Positions 9,144-18,465 of a stretch of 64,000 nucleotides of DNA are shown here, piece after piece; position 1 is the first letter of the stretch, and the number at the start of each line of letters is the position of its first letter. The translations under genes and the position numbers were made by a program. The notes under the pieces are model-generated. The model searched no databases and was not told where the DNA came from. It saw only the letters and a list, made by a program, of their open reading frames with translations. The stretch is taken from the sequence record KJ019152.1; one strand, 5' to 3'.

Positions 9144-10043
9144 ATGAAGGAACGCAGAAAGTATCCAACCGTATTGAGGTATCCAGGCGGTAAGTCTAGG
9201 ATTATCTACTATTTGTTTAGGGAAAATATGATCCCTAAGAATGTCAAGGAATACCGTGAGGGTTTCCTAGGTGGGGGTTCTTGTGCTCTTGCGTTCTCTG
9301 TGATGTACCCAAACACCCCAGTTTGGGTCAATGATCTTTACTACAATCTGTATATCTTCTGGACACAACTCCAGAAGAATCCAGATCCACTCATCAATCG
9401 TCTCCTAGAACTAAAGGACGAAGCCTGTGATGCATCGGGTACAGAAGAACTAGAGAAAAAGCATAGAAAACTCTACACAGATATGCGTGATCTCATTAAT
9501 ACTTCTAGTGATCACCTTGATATTGCAACCTCCTTCTACATTCTAAACCGATCTAGTTTCGGTGGATTCACTGAACAAAACAAGAATGCCTTCATCCGAG
9601 ACTCATACAAGAATACTATTTTCTCTCAGAGTAAAATCCGTAAGTTGGCTAATATCTCTGAGATTATCCAACCCTGGAGAATTACCAATACACACTACAA
9701 GGAACTAATGAGAGCTCCTGGTGATGATGTATTTGTGTTCCTAGACCCTCCATATCTAATCAAGGATATGTTGTATGGTAAGGACAAGGAGATGCACACT
9801 GGGTTCTCTCATGAAGAGTTTGTGAGTGAGTGTAAAGGTTCTACACATGACTGGATGATTACCTACAATGAACATGAATGGTTGAGATCCCAGTTCGCTG
9901 ACTATCATATGGAGTCTTTCGAGTTCCGTTATAGTCTCGCCCACAGGGAAGAGAATGGCAACAAGAAAGAAGAACTCCTCATAATGAACTATGAGATTCC
10001 TCGTGATATCCCAAACCCACTAGAGGTAGTTTTGTATGGATGA
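9144..10043 (+). CDS. Dam-like (D12 class) DNA N6-adenine methyltransferase
   Basis: LRYPGGKSR, FLGGGS (motif I) and FLDPPY (motif IV). Confidence 0.92.
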   Translation: MKERRKYPTVLRYPGGKSRIIYYLFRENMIPKNVKEYREGFLGGGSCALAFSVMYPNTPVWVNDLYYNLYIFWTQLQKNPDPLINRLLELKDEACDASGTEELEKKHRKLYTDMRDLINTSSDHLDIATSFYILNRSSFGGFTEQNKNAFIRDSYKNTIFSQSKIRKLANISEIIQPWRITNTHYKELMRAPGDDVFVFLDPPYLIKDMLYGKDKEMHTGFSHEEFVSECKGSTHDWMITYNEHEWLRSQFADYHMESFEFRYSLAHREENGNKKEELLIMNYEIPRDIPNPLEVVLYG

Positions 10044-10491
10044 TCTAGAGCTAGAGTATCATCTTTATCTGGATGGAAACCCTATTCAGACACTGAAGGA
10101 TGACGCTAGTACAATGACTTTAGCCAAGAAGAGAGTTATCGGTCCTTACATTCGTAGAGCTGAATCTTTTATTAAAATATCAGAACCATTTAGGGAACTA
10201 CTTCGTCTTGATGATGGTAAGGATAAACTTCTAGATGCAATAGGTGTTGTCTGGGCACACTACTTTGAACATAAGATTAACAAGAAGTATATGGTTATCC
10301 CTAAGGATGCATCTCTTGATTTTATGGAATACTTTGGTACTATGGCACAGAAGGATAAGTTTCCAGATGATAAATATATTAAGAAAGCTCAGCGTATCAT
10401 TCTCTCTCACGAAAAGAGTATTGATGCTTTCATTAAGGCTTTTCATAGTATCCGTTTAGCCAACGACAAATATCTCTCCCTGAAGAAATGA
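10036..10491 (+). CDS. hypothetical protein
   Basis: 151-aa ORF overlapping both neighbours. Confidence 0.7.
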   Translation: MDDLELEYHLYLDGNPIQTLKDDASTMTLAKKRVIGPYIRRAESFIKISEPFRELLRLDDGKDKLLDAIGVVWAHYFEHKINKKYMVIPKDASLDFMEYFGTMAQKDKFPDDKYIKKAQRIILSHEKSIDAFIKAFHSIRLANDKYLSLKK

Positions 10492-13166
10492 TCACACCGA
10501 AGTCCCTACTATCATTCCTATCTGAAGCCGCTGATTCTGAGGCTGCACAACAGGCTAAGGAGATGGGTTTAACCTCTGCCGGTTATGGTAACTGGAGAGA
10601 CAGGTCGGGCAATGTTGTTGCCAAAACTGTAGATGGTCAGTTGGTGATGATTGACGCCAAGGCAGACCCTATGGCTAGACCGGCGGCACCTGAGGAGGAA
10701 ATGCCACCTGAAGAGGAGGAGGAGCCCCAGTTTGTAGAACCAGATCCAGATATGGTTGAGAAAGTAGCTAAGGGTCTTTCTGGTGGTAGATATAATATTG
10801 CATCAGCACAGAGGAAGAAAGAGTTACTGGCTTCTGCTAGACAGATACTAATCAATAAACAGATCCAAGACGCTCAGATGCAGGCTGACGCTGAGGCTCA
10901 GGCAGCGGCACAGAACCCACCAGAACCCACTCCAGAGGAGTTGGCACAACAACAGGCGGATATGGAACTACAGCAACAGAACGCTGTGATGGATACTGAA
11001 CTGAAGGCACAGAGTGTAGAGAATGGGAAACTGGACCTTCAGATGAAGAAGGACCAGATGAAGCAACAGAAGGAGGCAGAGAAAGAAGCCAAGGCTATGG
11101 ATAAACTAGCCAAGAAAGCAGAGGCACAGAAACAAGCAGAAGCAGAAGCCGCAGCTCCTCCACCAATGCCACAGGGTGTCGCCCCCGATGCACCACCACT
11201 TCCTGAAGAAGAGATGGTTGTACCTGATGAACTGGATGCCCTGCTTGGAGCTATTAGGGGTGGTAATGAGAAGAAGACTAGTTCTGTTCTAGGTAAAATT
11301 CAGAAGAAAATTGGTAAGAAATCTGCTCCAAAGGCAAAAGCAAAACCCAAAAAGACACCTAAAGTTCAGACAGATCGAAGAATACCTGTTGCGGCTGTCG
11401 ATAGAACAGATGTCCCGCAGTTTCAATCTGAAGCCCTAAGTCAGATGAATGCATATCTATCCGAAAATAGACAGAGAGAGGAGGATGATTACTATAGGGG
11501 TGCAGCAATTGAGGCTGTGCGTGAGCAACACGGTGAGGCTTTCTATTACTTTGATGAACCAAATGGTGTTGTAACAGAAATCAACACCCCACAGGGTGCT
11601 GCTGACCTAATGGAGTGGTCAACTAATAGCTCTAACAAACTAATTGGTAAGTCCCTGAAACCTTTTTGGAAAGAAGTTGATAACTTCCATAACAACTGGG
11701 CAGATCCTGAACTCCGTGACGAGAATAACTACGAACAAATCATCGAAGTTACTCGCCCAAACCGAGGAAAGATACCTGATTCTGTAGTAGATTCTGAATG
11801 GAAGAAACTAAAGAATGCAGAGAGGAAGCAACTAGCTGAAATGGGTCTAGGTGGTGCTGGTGGTCGTGCTAATATGTTTCTAAAGACCGATAAGGATAGG
11901 GAGAAGAGGGGTAAATCTATCCTTAAGGTGTATCTAGAACAGGGCGGCCGAGATGCCTGGTTGGGTTCTTCTGACACTAACCCTATTAGTTGGAAGGATA
12001 TGACTGTCGATCATGTTCATTCTGAGGGTGATGTTCAGTTCTGGCAAGCCGAATGTGTCAAGAGGGGTATGGATCCTAAGGATTATCAGGCTTTGGCTAA
12101 TGATCCAGAAGTTAACTATGTTATGACTCGTTTTGGATTCAATGGAGCTCAGAAGAGGGACAACTCCATGGATAAACTATACACTGAAATGGAGAAGAAG
12201 TATTACTCTAAAGGTAAGAATGAAGTTGATAGTCTTACTAGAGGTAATGCTGAGAAGAAGATGAGGAAGCAACTTAGGGAACAAGAATATTATGCTCCCC
12301 TAGTTCAGAATCTTAAGGCGGCAGTTCAGTCTGGCAATTTTACCCCAGAAGTTTATAATGAACTATTTGATACTTATAAGAAAGGTAGGTCTGAACTTGA
12401 GACATCTAACGGTCCTAGAACTGATCGTTCTCAGATGATTATGGGACGTAATGAATCTACCGATCCTTGGAGATCTCTTGCTGAAAGATCACTATTTGGT
12501 TATAAGATCTTTGCTGGTGATGGTCTCCGTGCCAAGAAAGGTGGTCAGATTGCTGGTTGGTCTGGTGTCGGTGGAACTACCAGTGGTTCTAATGCGGCTG
12601 ATGGTGAAGCTCCTTCATATCCCTTCGAGGATACTGCTATGGACTTCTACTTCGATCCTATTCGGAGAATGGCACTATCCAGTCCAGAGAATCAAAAAAA
12701 GGCAGATTCTATCCACAAATACACTCAGTTTATGGGTAACGCCTTTGTTACTGGTAAGATTGGATCTCAAGAATGGCACAACTATCTAACCCAGTCTTCA
12801 CAGATGATGCATGAGATGCTTCCTGATGAGTGGAAAGGTGAGTATGAGGCGGAACGGGGACAGGAATACCTATCAACAATTAATAGAACTCTAAACAAAC
12901 TCAATAAGGGTCAGGATGATCTTGAGGGTGATAATTATGCGCCCGATCGTAATATCACTGAACTTTTTAAGAACTCACCACAGAAGAGTTTAGCTGATCA
13001 GGGTATTGAAATTATGAGATCTATGATGGATCCAGAGAACTTCAATGCGGTTGACTACTATGATCGTGGTAATCTTTATGAAGGTTTCGAAAATCTTGGG
13101 TTGTTATCTGGTAGAGGTGATGTTATAATGGAGAGGTTCCAAAATAAGAGAAGGAATGAAATTTGA
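10488..13166 (+). CDS. 892-aa protein with capsid-targeting-like N-terminus and central HNH-like domain
   Basis: N-terminal SFLSEA module and Pro/Glu/Ala-rich linker. HNH-like segment YLEQGGRDAWLG...TVDHV...NYVMTRFGFNGAQKRDN at about 11920-12170. Confidence 0.65.
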   Translation: MITPKSLLSFLSEAADSEAAQQAKEMGLTSAGYGNWRDRSGNVVAKTVDGQLVMIDAKADPMARPAAPEEEMPPEEEEEPQFVEPDPDMVEKVAKGLSGGRYNIASAQRKKELLASARQILINKQIQDAQMQADAEAQAAAQNPPEPTPEELAQQQADMELQQQNAVMDTELKAQSVENGKLDLQMKKDQMKQQKEAEKEAKAMDKLAKKAEAQKQAEAEAAAPPPMPQGVAPDAPPLPEEEMVVPDELDALLGAIRGGNEKKTSSVLGKIQKKIGKKSAPKAKAKPKKTPKVQTDRRIPVAAVDRTDVPQFQSEALSQMNAYLSENRQREEDDYYRGAAIEAVREQHGEAFYYFDEPNGVVTEINTPQGAADLMEWSTNSSNKLIGKSLKPFWKEVDNFHNNWADPELRDENNYEQIIEVTRPNRGKIPDSVVDSEWKKLKNAERKQLAEMGLGGAGGRANMFLKTDKDREKRGKSILKVYLEQGGRDAWLGSSDTNPISWKDMTVDHVHSEGDVQFWQAECVKRGMDPKDYQALANDPEVNYVMTRFGFNGAQKRDNSMDKLYTEMEKKYYSKGKNEVDSLTRGNAEKKMRKQLREQEYYAPLVQNLKAAVQSGNFTPEVYNELFDTYKKGRSELETSNGPRTDRSQMIMGRNESTDPWRSLAERSLFGYKIFAGDGLRAKKGGQIAGWSGVGGTTSGSNAADGEAPSYPFEDTAMDFYFDPIRRMALSSPENQKKADSIHKYTQFMGNAFVTGKIGSQEWHNYLTQSSQMMHEMLPDEWKGEYEAERGQEYLSTINRTLNKLNKGQDDLEGDNYAPDRNITELFKNSPQKSLADQGIEIMRSMMDPENFNAVDYYDRGNLYEGFENLGLLSGRGDVIMERFQNKRRNEI

Positions 13167-14061
13167 TGTTGTTATTGGCAACCCCCCATATCAGAATCCT
13201 GATGGTGTAAAGAACAAGAAGATCTGGTTATCTTTCTTTGATCTTGGTGTCTCCCTCCTAAAGAAGGGTGGCACTATGTGTTACATCACGCCCACCACTC
13301 ACTTCTGGAGTTTGGGTAGAAAGTGGCAAACTGGTGTGTCTGCTGATATTCTACTGAAACAGAACAACCTTCGTAGTGTAGATTTCACTACATCCAAACA
13401 CTTCCCACAGGTTGGTGACTATATTTGTAACTATGTTCTACGCAAAGAACCTCCCAGTGGTATGGTAGATGTTATTGAGAAAGATGGGACAGAGGTTCTA
13501 CGCCCACATGATGATGTCTATGATTGTGATGAGGAGAGACAAAAGGCAAAGTTCTTCTCTGCTATGAGAGAACTACGAGAGAAGTATGGGAAGTATCATA
13601 TTCCCCACGACACAAGAGATAAGAGTCATTATAGTCAGACACAGGAGGGCGTGTATCAGCATCCTACTTATATTTCGGCAGCAAAACAGATATGGTATGC
13701 TGACAGTCCTACACTAGGGACTGATACACTGAAGATTATTATGAATATGTCTTCCTACTTCTGGAATATCAATGATACTCAGAAGTATATGAGGATTGAT
13801 TCAGGTCCTGGTGTTGGGTTATTGGGAAGAATGTTGGCAATTGATAGTGTGAAGGATGGTGAGAAGATAGTTGAGTACCTAACTTCACCACTAGTGAAGT
13901 TCTACATTGACTGTATGAAGAGGACATCCCCATGGAACCACGCGATGTATCAGTTACCAAAGTGTCACCATATGACAGAGAGTGAGATCCTAGATGAGAT
14001 GGGTTGGACTAGAGACCAGTTTGAAGAAATGTATCCAGAACGTCTGGAAACCAAAGTATAG
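13156..14061 (+). CDS. Eco57I/TaqI-like N6-adenine methyltransferase domain protein
   Basis: FDVVIGNPPY at the N-terminus, then LLKKGGTMCYITP. No clear upstream motif I. Confidence 0.8.
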   Translation: MKFDVVIGNPPYQNPDGVKNKKIWLSFFDLGVSLLKKGGTMCYITPTTHFWSLGRKWQTGVSADILLKQNNLRSVDFTTSKHFPQVGDYICNYVLRKEPPSGMVDVIEKDGTEVLRPHDDVYDCDEERQKAKFFSAMRELREKYGKYHIPHDTRDKSHYSQTQEGVYQHPTYISAAKQIWYADSPTLGTDTLKIIMNMSSYFWNINDTQKYMRIDSGPGVGLLGRMLAIDSVKDGEKIVEYLTSPLVKFYIDCMKRTSPWNHAMYQLPKCHHMTESEILDEMGWTRDQFEEMYPERLETKV

Positions 14062-14090
14062 TTGACAAGGGACCCCAGGTGTGTTATACT
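14062..14090 (+). promoter_or_regulatory. sigma70-type promoter
   Basis: TTGACA-17 nt-TATACT. Confidence 0.85.
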
Positions 14091-14115
14091 ATCTGGGTAG
14101 GTTAGGTTATTCTGT

Positions 14116-14997
14116 ATGGTGAAACCCCTGTTTAAGTGGACTGGTGGAAAGGGGCGACTATTCCAGAAGTATCAAGATCTAAACTTCTTCCCAGAGGCAG
14201 ACAGGTTCGACACATTTGTTGACCTGTTTTTTGGTGCTGGGTCAGTCACCCTTTGGGTTGCGGAGAAGTATCCAGATAAGAAACTCATTATTAATGATAA
14301 GAACACGGAACTTATGGGGTTATATACCCAAATACGTGATAACTGGGGTGAGTTTAGTGAGCACTATAAGAGAGTGTATAACGTATTCCTAGACACCCCA
14401 ATAGAGAAAAGAAAGGCACTCTATAACTGCTATAAGAAAAGATACGCATGGAACTATAAGTGGTTGTCAGAAGCAGAAATTGCGGCAAACCTCCTGGTTA
14501 TGATGAAGATTAACTTCAATGGTATTTGGTTAGCGTATAAGATGTATGGTCGTAGGTATTCTACGGCACCAGGGAAGATTGATTATAAAGAAAGTATCTT
14601 TGGTATGGAGAATGTGGAACAGTTCCGTCAAGTCCTACTACGGGCAACACTCTACAATAGATCCTTTGAGGATGTTCCTATTCCTGATAACTCCTGGGTA
14701 TTTGCTGATCCACCATACAGAGACACCAGAGATATGTATTCCGATACATTCACCGATGAACTTCAGTCTAAACTGGCAAAGTTCATAGTTTCTACAGACG
14801 GACTATACTGTGAGTCTAATAAAGAAACTGGTGATGGTTTCTGGGGAGAACACTTCCCTATGGAGAACATCCACTTCACAGATCACAAATACACTTGTGG
14901 TTATGGGGGATCCATTAACCCAGTCACTGAAGTTCTTATAAAGAACTATGGGAATAATATCCCACAACCAACTACCCTTGATTCCTTTTTTAACTGA
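14116..14997 (+). CDS. second Dam-like DNA adenine methyltransferase
   Basis: KPLFKWTGGKGR, DLFFGAGS and FADPPY. Confidence 0.9.
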   Translation: MVKPLFKWTGGKGRLFQKYQDLNFFPEADRFDTFVDLFFGAGSVTLWVAEKYPDKKLIINDKNTELMGLYTQIRDNWGEFSEHYKRVYNVFLDTPIEKRKALYNCYKKRYAWNYKWLSEAEIAANLLVMMKINFNGIWLAYKMYGRRYSTAPGKIDYKESIFGMENVEQFRQVLLRATLYNRSFEDVPIPDNSWVFADPPYRDTRDMYSDTFTDELQSKLAKFIVSTDGLYCESNKETGDGFWGEHFPMENIHFTDHKYTCGYGGSINPVTEVLIKNYGNNIPQPTTLDSFFN

Positions 14998-14999
14998 TT

Positions 15000-15692
15000 A
15001 TGCAAAAGAAAAACCGTATCTCCCACGAAGAAGAAATTAAACTATGTCGTCAGGCACAACTACAAGATCATACATCCAAGTATGCTATGACTAAAATGGT
15101 TAGTGCTAATATTGGGTTGGTTGAGAAACTCGCTAACAAACTCTACATCAAGAATGATCAATACTCTTTCGATGATCTATACCAGGAGGGTGTATTTGGT
15201 CTTATCAGAGGTGTGAATAAGTTTGATCCTAGTGTTGGTTGTAGGTTCTCCACATATTCATACTACTGGATCTATAGTTATATCATGAGGTACTGTGAGA
15301 ATAACCTAGGTAAGATCCGTATTCCCACTCACCTCCGTGAGAAGATGAGGAAACAGAAAGATAATAAGGTAGAGTTGGACAGACTAAAGTCCAAAGTCCC
15401 GTCAGTAGTATCATTAAATACAATAGTGGGTGAATCACTATCCTTGGATAATGTAGTTACATACACCGAGAATATCTCATTTGATGATGAGATGGAACAT
15501 GTTTTGGTTGTTATGGATGAGGTTTTGGATGAAAGAGAACATCAGGTTCTCTGTAGTAGGTTTGGTATTGGTGGTGAGAAACCTCTATCACAAAGAGAGT
15601 GTGCCAAACTACACAATGTTACCCATGGTGCTATCTATTTGATTGAGAAGAAATCAATCAAGAAAATCAAACACCATATGGGTTATAAATAA
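15000..15692 (+). CDS. sigma70-family (RpoD/SigF-like) RNA polymerase sigma factor
   Basis: Region 2 ANIGLV...DLYQEG.FGLIRGVNKFDPSVGCRFSTYSYYWI and region 4 HTH LDEREHQVLCSRFG...SQRECAKLHNVT. Confidence 0.9.
   Translation: MQKKNRISHEEEIKLCRQAQLQDHTSKYAMTKMVSANIGLVEKLANKLYIKNDQYSFDDLYQEGVFGLIRGVNKFDPSVGCRFSTYSYYWIYSYIMRYCENNLGKIRIPTHLREKMRKQKDNKVELDRLKSKVPSVVSLNTIVGESLSLDNVVTYTENISFDDEMEHVLVVMDEVLDEREHQVLCSRFGIGGEKPLSQRECAKLHNVTHGAIYLIEKKSIKKIKHHMGYK
15684..15691 (+). promoter_or_regulatory. T4-type late promoter
   Basis: TATAAATA. Confidence 0.75.
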
Positions 15693-15708
15693 TACTATAG
15701 TAGATTCT

Positions 15709-16923
15709 ATGGCGATGAGATCGTTTCTAACATTCCTAACCGAAGCCCGTTCTCGTGCATCTAAAAGAGCCAAAGAGTTGGGACTCACTGGCAATGGTCA
15801 CGGTGGATGGGAAGATAACGAAGGTAACCTAGTCGCCATGACGGTGAAGGGTGATCTGGAGTTTGTGAAGGGAAGAGAACCCAAAGAGGAAGAAGAACCC
15901 GATGAAAAGACTTCTGCCCCTGAAGAGGAACCAACATCCAACAAAGCGCCTGGGGTAGATCCAGAGAACACAGATACTCCAAGACAGAAAGAACCAGCGC
16001 CTGTTCCCAAAGATAAGGGTATTCTAACTGTTGCTTTCGGTAGGTTTAACCCTCCTACGATTGGACATGAGAAACTAATCAATACTGTAGCATCATATTC
16101 AGAGAACGGTGATTACATAATCATTCCCTCTAGGAGTGAGGATAAGAAGAAGAACCCTTTAGATATCGACACTAAAGTTAGTATCATGAGGCAGATGTAT
16201 CCAACACACGCCGAGAAGATTGTTAACGATCCACATAATAGAACCATCTTTGATGTTATGCGTAAGGCGCATAATGATGGTTACGCTGGTATTAGGATTG
16301 TTGGTGGTGGAGATAGAGTTAAGGAATATGAGAAGTTAGCCAACGCATATAACGGATCTACCTATCAGTTTGATGAAATTGATGTAGTAAACGCTGGTGA
16401 CAGGGATCCAGATGCGGAAGGTGCGGAAGGTATGTCTGCCTCCAAGATGAGAAAGGCGGCAGCTGATAACGACTTTGCTTCTTTCAGAAAGGGAATGCCA
16501 AAGACCCTCAGTAACGACCAGATGGTTTCCATCTACACTCAGGTTCAGAAGTCTATGGGTGTAACACCTAAGGAAGCTGTCATTGAAAACTGGAAAGTTG
16601 CTCCTAGACTGTATCCACAGGAACTGAGAGAGGCTTATATCCAAAACGAAATCTATAATATTGGTGATACTGTCAGTCATGACACCACTGGTATGGTAGG
16701 TAAGATCGTAAGAAAGGGAACCAATCACCTCATTTGTGTAACAGAAAGTGAGGAAATGTTCAAGACCTGGACACAGGATGTTAGTCCCGCAGATCTAAAA
16801 CCACAACCAGCAATCTCTACTCCAAAGGAGAGGGAAGTTGGAACAGATTCCCTTAGATCTTTCCTTCAGAGGATCACTCCAGGAGAGAAAGAGCAATCCT
16901 TTATAAATAAACATAAGAAATAA
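15709..16923 (+). CDS. cytidylyltransferase-like (HxGH) nucleotidyltransferase
   Basis: FGRFNPPTIGHEKL, KNPL and MSASKMR. The start is set downstream of the late promoter. Confidence 0.85.
   Translation: MAMRSFLTFLTEARSRASKRAKELGLTGNGHGGWEDNEGNLVAMTVKGDLEFVKGREPKEEEEPDEKTSAPEEEPTSNKAPGVDPENTDTPRQKEPAPVPKDKGILTVAFGRFNPPTIGHEKLINTVASYSENGDYIIIPSRSEDKKKNPLDIDTKVSIMRQMYPTHAEKIVNDPHNRTIFDVMRKAHNDGYAGIRIVGGGDRVKEYEKLANAYNGSTYQFDEIDVVNAGDRDPDAEGAEGMSASKMRKAAADNDFASFRKGMPKTLSNDQMVSIYTQVQKSMGVTPKEAVIENWKVAPRLYPQELREAYIQNEIYNIGDTVSHDTTGMVGKIVRKGTNHLICVTESEEMFKTWTQDVSPADLKPQPAISTPKEREVGTDSLRSFLQRITPGEKEQSFINKHKK
16902..16909 (+). promoter_or_regulatory. T4-type late promoter
   Basis: TATAAATA. Confidence 0.7.
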
Positions 16924-16942
16924 GACAGTTCCTTTTTAGAAG

Positions 16943-18439
16943 ATGGATTTCAACGTAACCGAAGCTGTCGAGCTAATCGTATTGTTAGCCGAGACAGAAC
17001 AGCTAACACTACAAGATGCTCTACAGGAGTTCCTATCAGAGACCGAGTTGGACTCTGAAACGGCATCCCATCTAAAGGGTGCCCTCTTTGAGAAATATTC
17101 ACTCAGAGAGATGGCGACTGACGCCGTAACAAACGCTATGATGAAAGTGTTTGTTAGTCGTCCAGTAGTAGAAGAGGAAGTGGAGACTCCTGATGGTAAT
17201 CTCTATTTTGTAGAGGTTGAACTAGAGGAGGAAGTTCTAGAAGGTTATCTAACCCTAGAAGAAATCCAGAATATGAGAGTGGATGCTGATGTTCTATCCG
17301 TCAAGTTAGTTGATGAGGGTGTTCGTGACACTGACGCCGAGAAAGGAACAGAGGAAAGAAAGAAACGCCTTGAGAAGAAGCGTGGAATGAAGTTGGACGA
17401 CCATCCTCAGTATCTGGAAACAGATATGAAGAAGCGTCAGGAGAATAACGAGAAGGCTCGTAAGGATATGGATAAAGTGAAGGGTCAGAAGAACCCCCAC
17501 TTCGAAGAGTATGATATTTCTGAAGGTCGCAAAGAAGGTGAGTCTTCTAAAGATTACGCCGATAGAATGACTAAGAAGTATTCTGGTGGTAAGTCTAAGT
17601 CCTATGATCCCATGAAGGATAAGAACTTCGACCATGACAAGGCAGAAAGAACCCGTGGTTCTATGGAAGAAGGTCTAGATGCCGTAGGTGGCGAAGACGC
17701 TGACATTAATAACGATAATAAGGTTGATAAGACTGATAAGTATCTACACAATCGTCGTAAGGCTATCGGAAAGGCGATGAAGAAGGAATCAGCTTGGGCT
17801 GAGTATCTAAATCGTAGAGGAATCTCTGAGGAAGTATTCTCTGAAGGTGACCTAATCGACGCAGGTCGTAAGAATGAGGGAGAACGAAAGGGAAAAAAGA
17901 TTACCGGGGAGGGTGTTGATAACTCCTCCTCTGTGAAGTTGATGCCCCGTATCGCTGAAGCCGCTATCATCACTGAGAAGTCAGAGAGTAAGTCACAACA
18001 GCGTCTCTTTGGTATGGTAAGAGCAGCTCAGAAGGGTGAGAAACCCGCCTCTGGTAAGGTTGCTGAACTAGCTTCTAAGGTTGGTAAGAAAGACGTTCTA
18101 GACTTCGCTAAGACAAAACACAAGGGTTTGAAAGAGAACTGTTGTGATAAGTGTGGCACTCCTGATTGTACTTGTGATGAGAAGCCCAAGTCTAAGAAAA
18201 AGAAAGCTAAACTAGATGAAGCAGGGATGCCTATTCTAGAGTATTCTAGAAACAACGCTGAAGGTCCTACACCTGAAATGATTGATCCTCCAAAGGATGA
18301 AGAAGGTAAGAAGGGTGTAAAGAACCCTAAAGGTAAGTCTAAGAGACCTGGTGCAGGTGACAGAAGACCTAACGACGGTGGTTCCGAACTACCATTCGAT
18401 ATGGGAACCGTACCCGGTGGTGGCGGTTGTGGTTGCTAA
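16943..18439 (+). CDS. highly charged late hypothetical protein
   Basis: 498 aa, E/K-rich, contains SKSQQRLFGMVRAAQKG. Confidence 0.75.
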   Translation: MDFNVTEAVELIVLLAETEQLTLQDALQEFLSETELDSETASHLKGALFEKYSLREMATDAVTNAMMKVFVSRPVVEEEVETPDGNLYFVEVELEEEVLEGYLTLEEIQNMRVDADVLSVKLVDEGVRDTDAEKGTEERKKRLEKKRGMKLDDHPQYLETDMKKRQENNEKARKDMDKVKGQKNPHFEEYDISEGRKEGESSKDYADRMTKKYSGGKSKSYDPMKDKNFDHDKAERTRGSMEEGLDAVGGEDADINNDNKVDKTDKYLHNRRKAIGKAMKKESAWAEYLNRRGISEEVFSEGDLIDAGRKNEGERKGKKITGEGVDNSSSVKLMPRIAEAAIITEKSESKSQQRLFGMVRAAQKGEKPASGKVAELASKVGKKDVLDFAKTKHKGLKENCCDKCGTPDCTCDEKPKSKKKKAKLDEAGMPILEYSRNNAEGPTPEMIDPPKDEEGKKGVKNPKGKSKRPGAGDRRPNDGGSELPFDMGTVPGGGGCGC

Positions 18440-18465
18440 ATAGTGATGTAGTTTTTAGGTATAAC

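Noticed and set aside
10488-13166. Cas9 or IscB-like RNA-guided nuclease
   Set aside because: Only the HNH segment is similar. I could not recognise RuvC motifs or an Arg-rich bridge helix, and there is no adjacent array or non-coding guide region.
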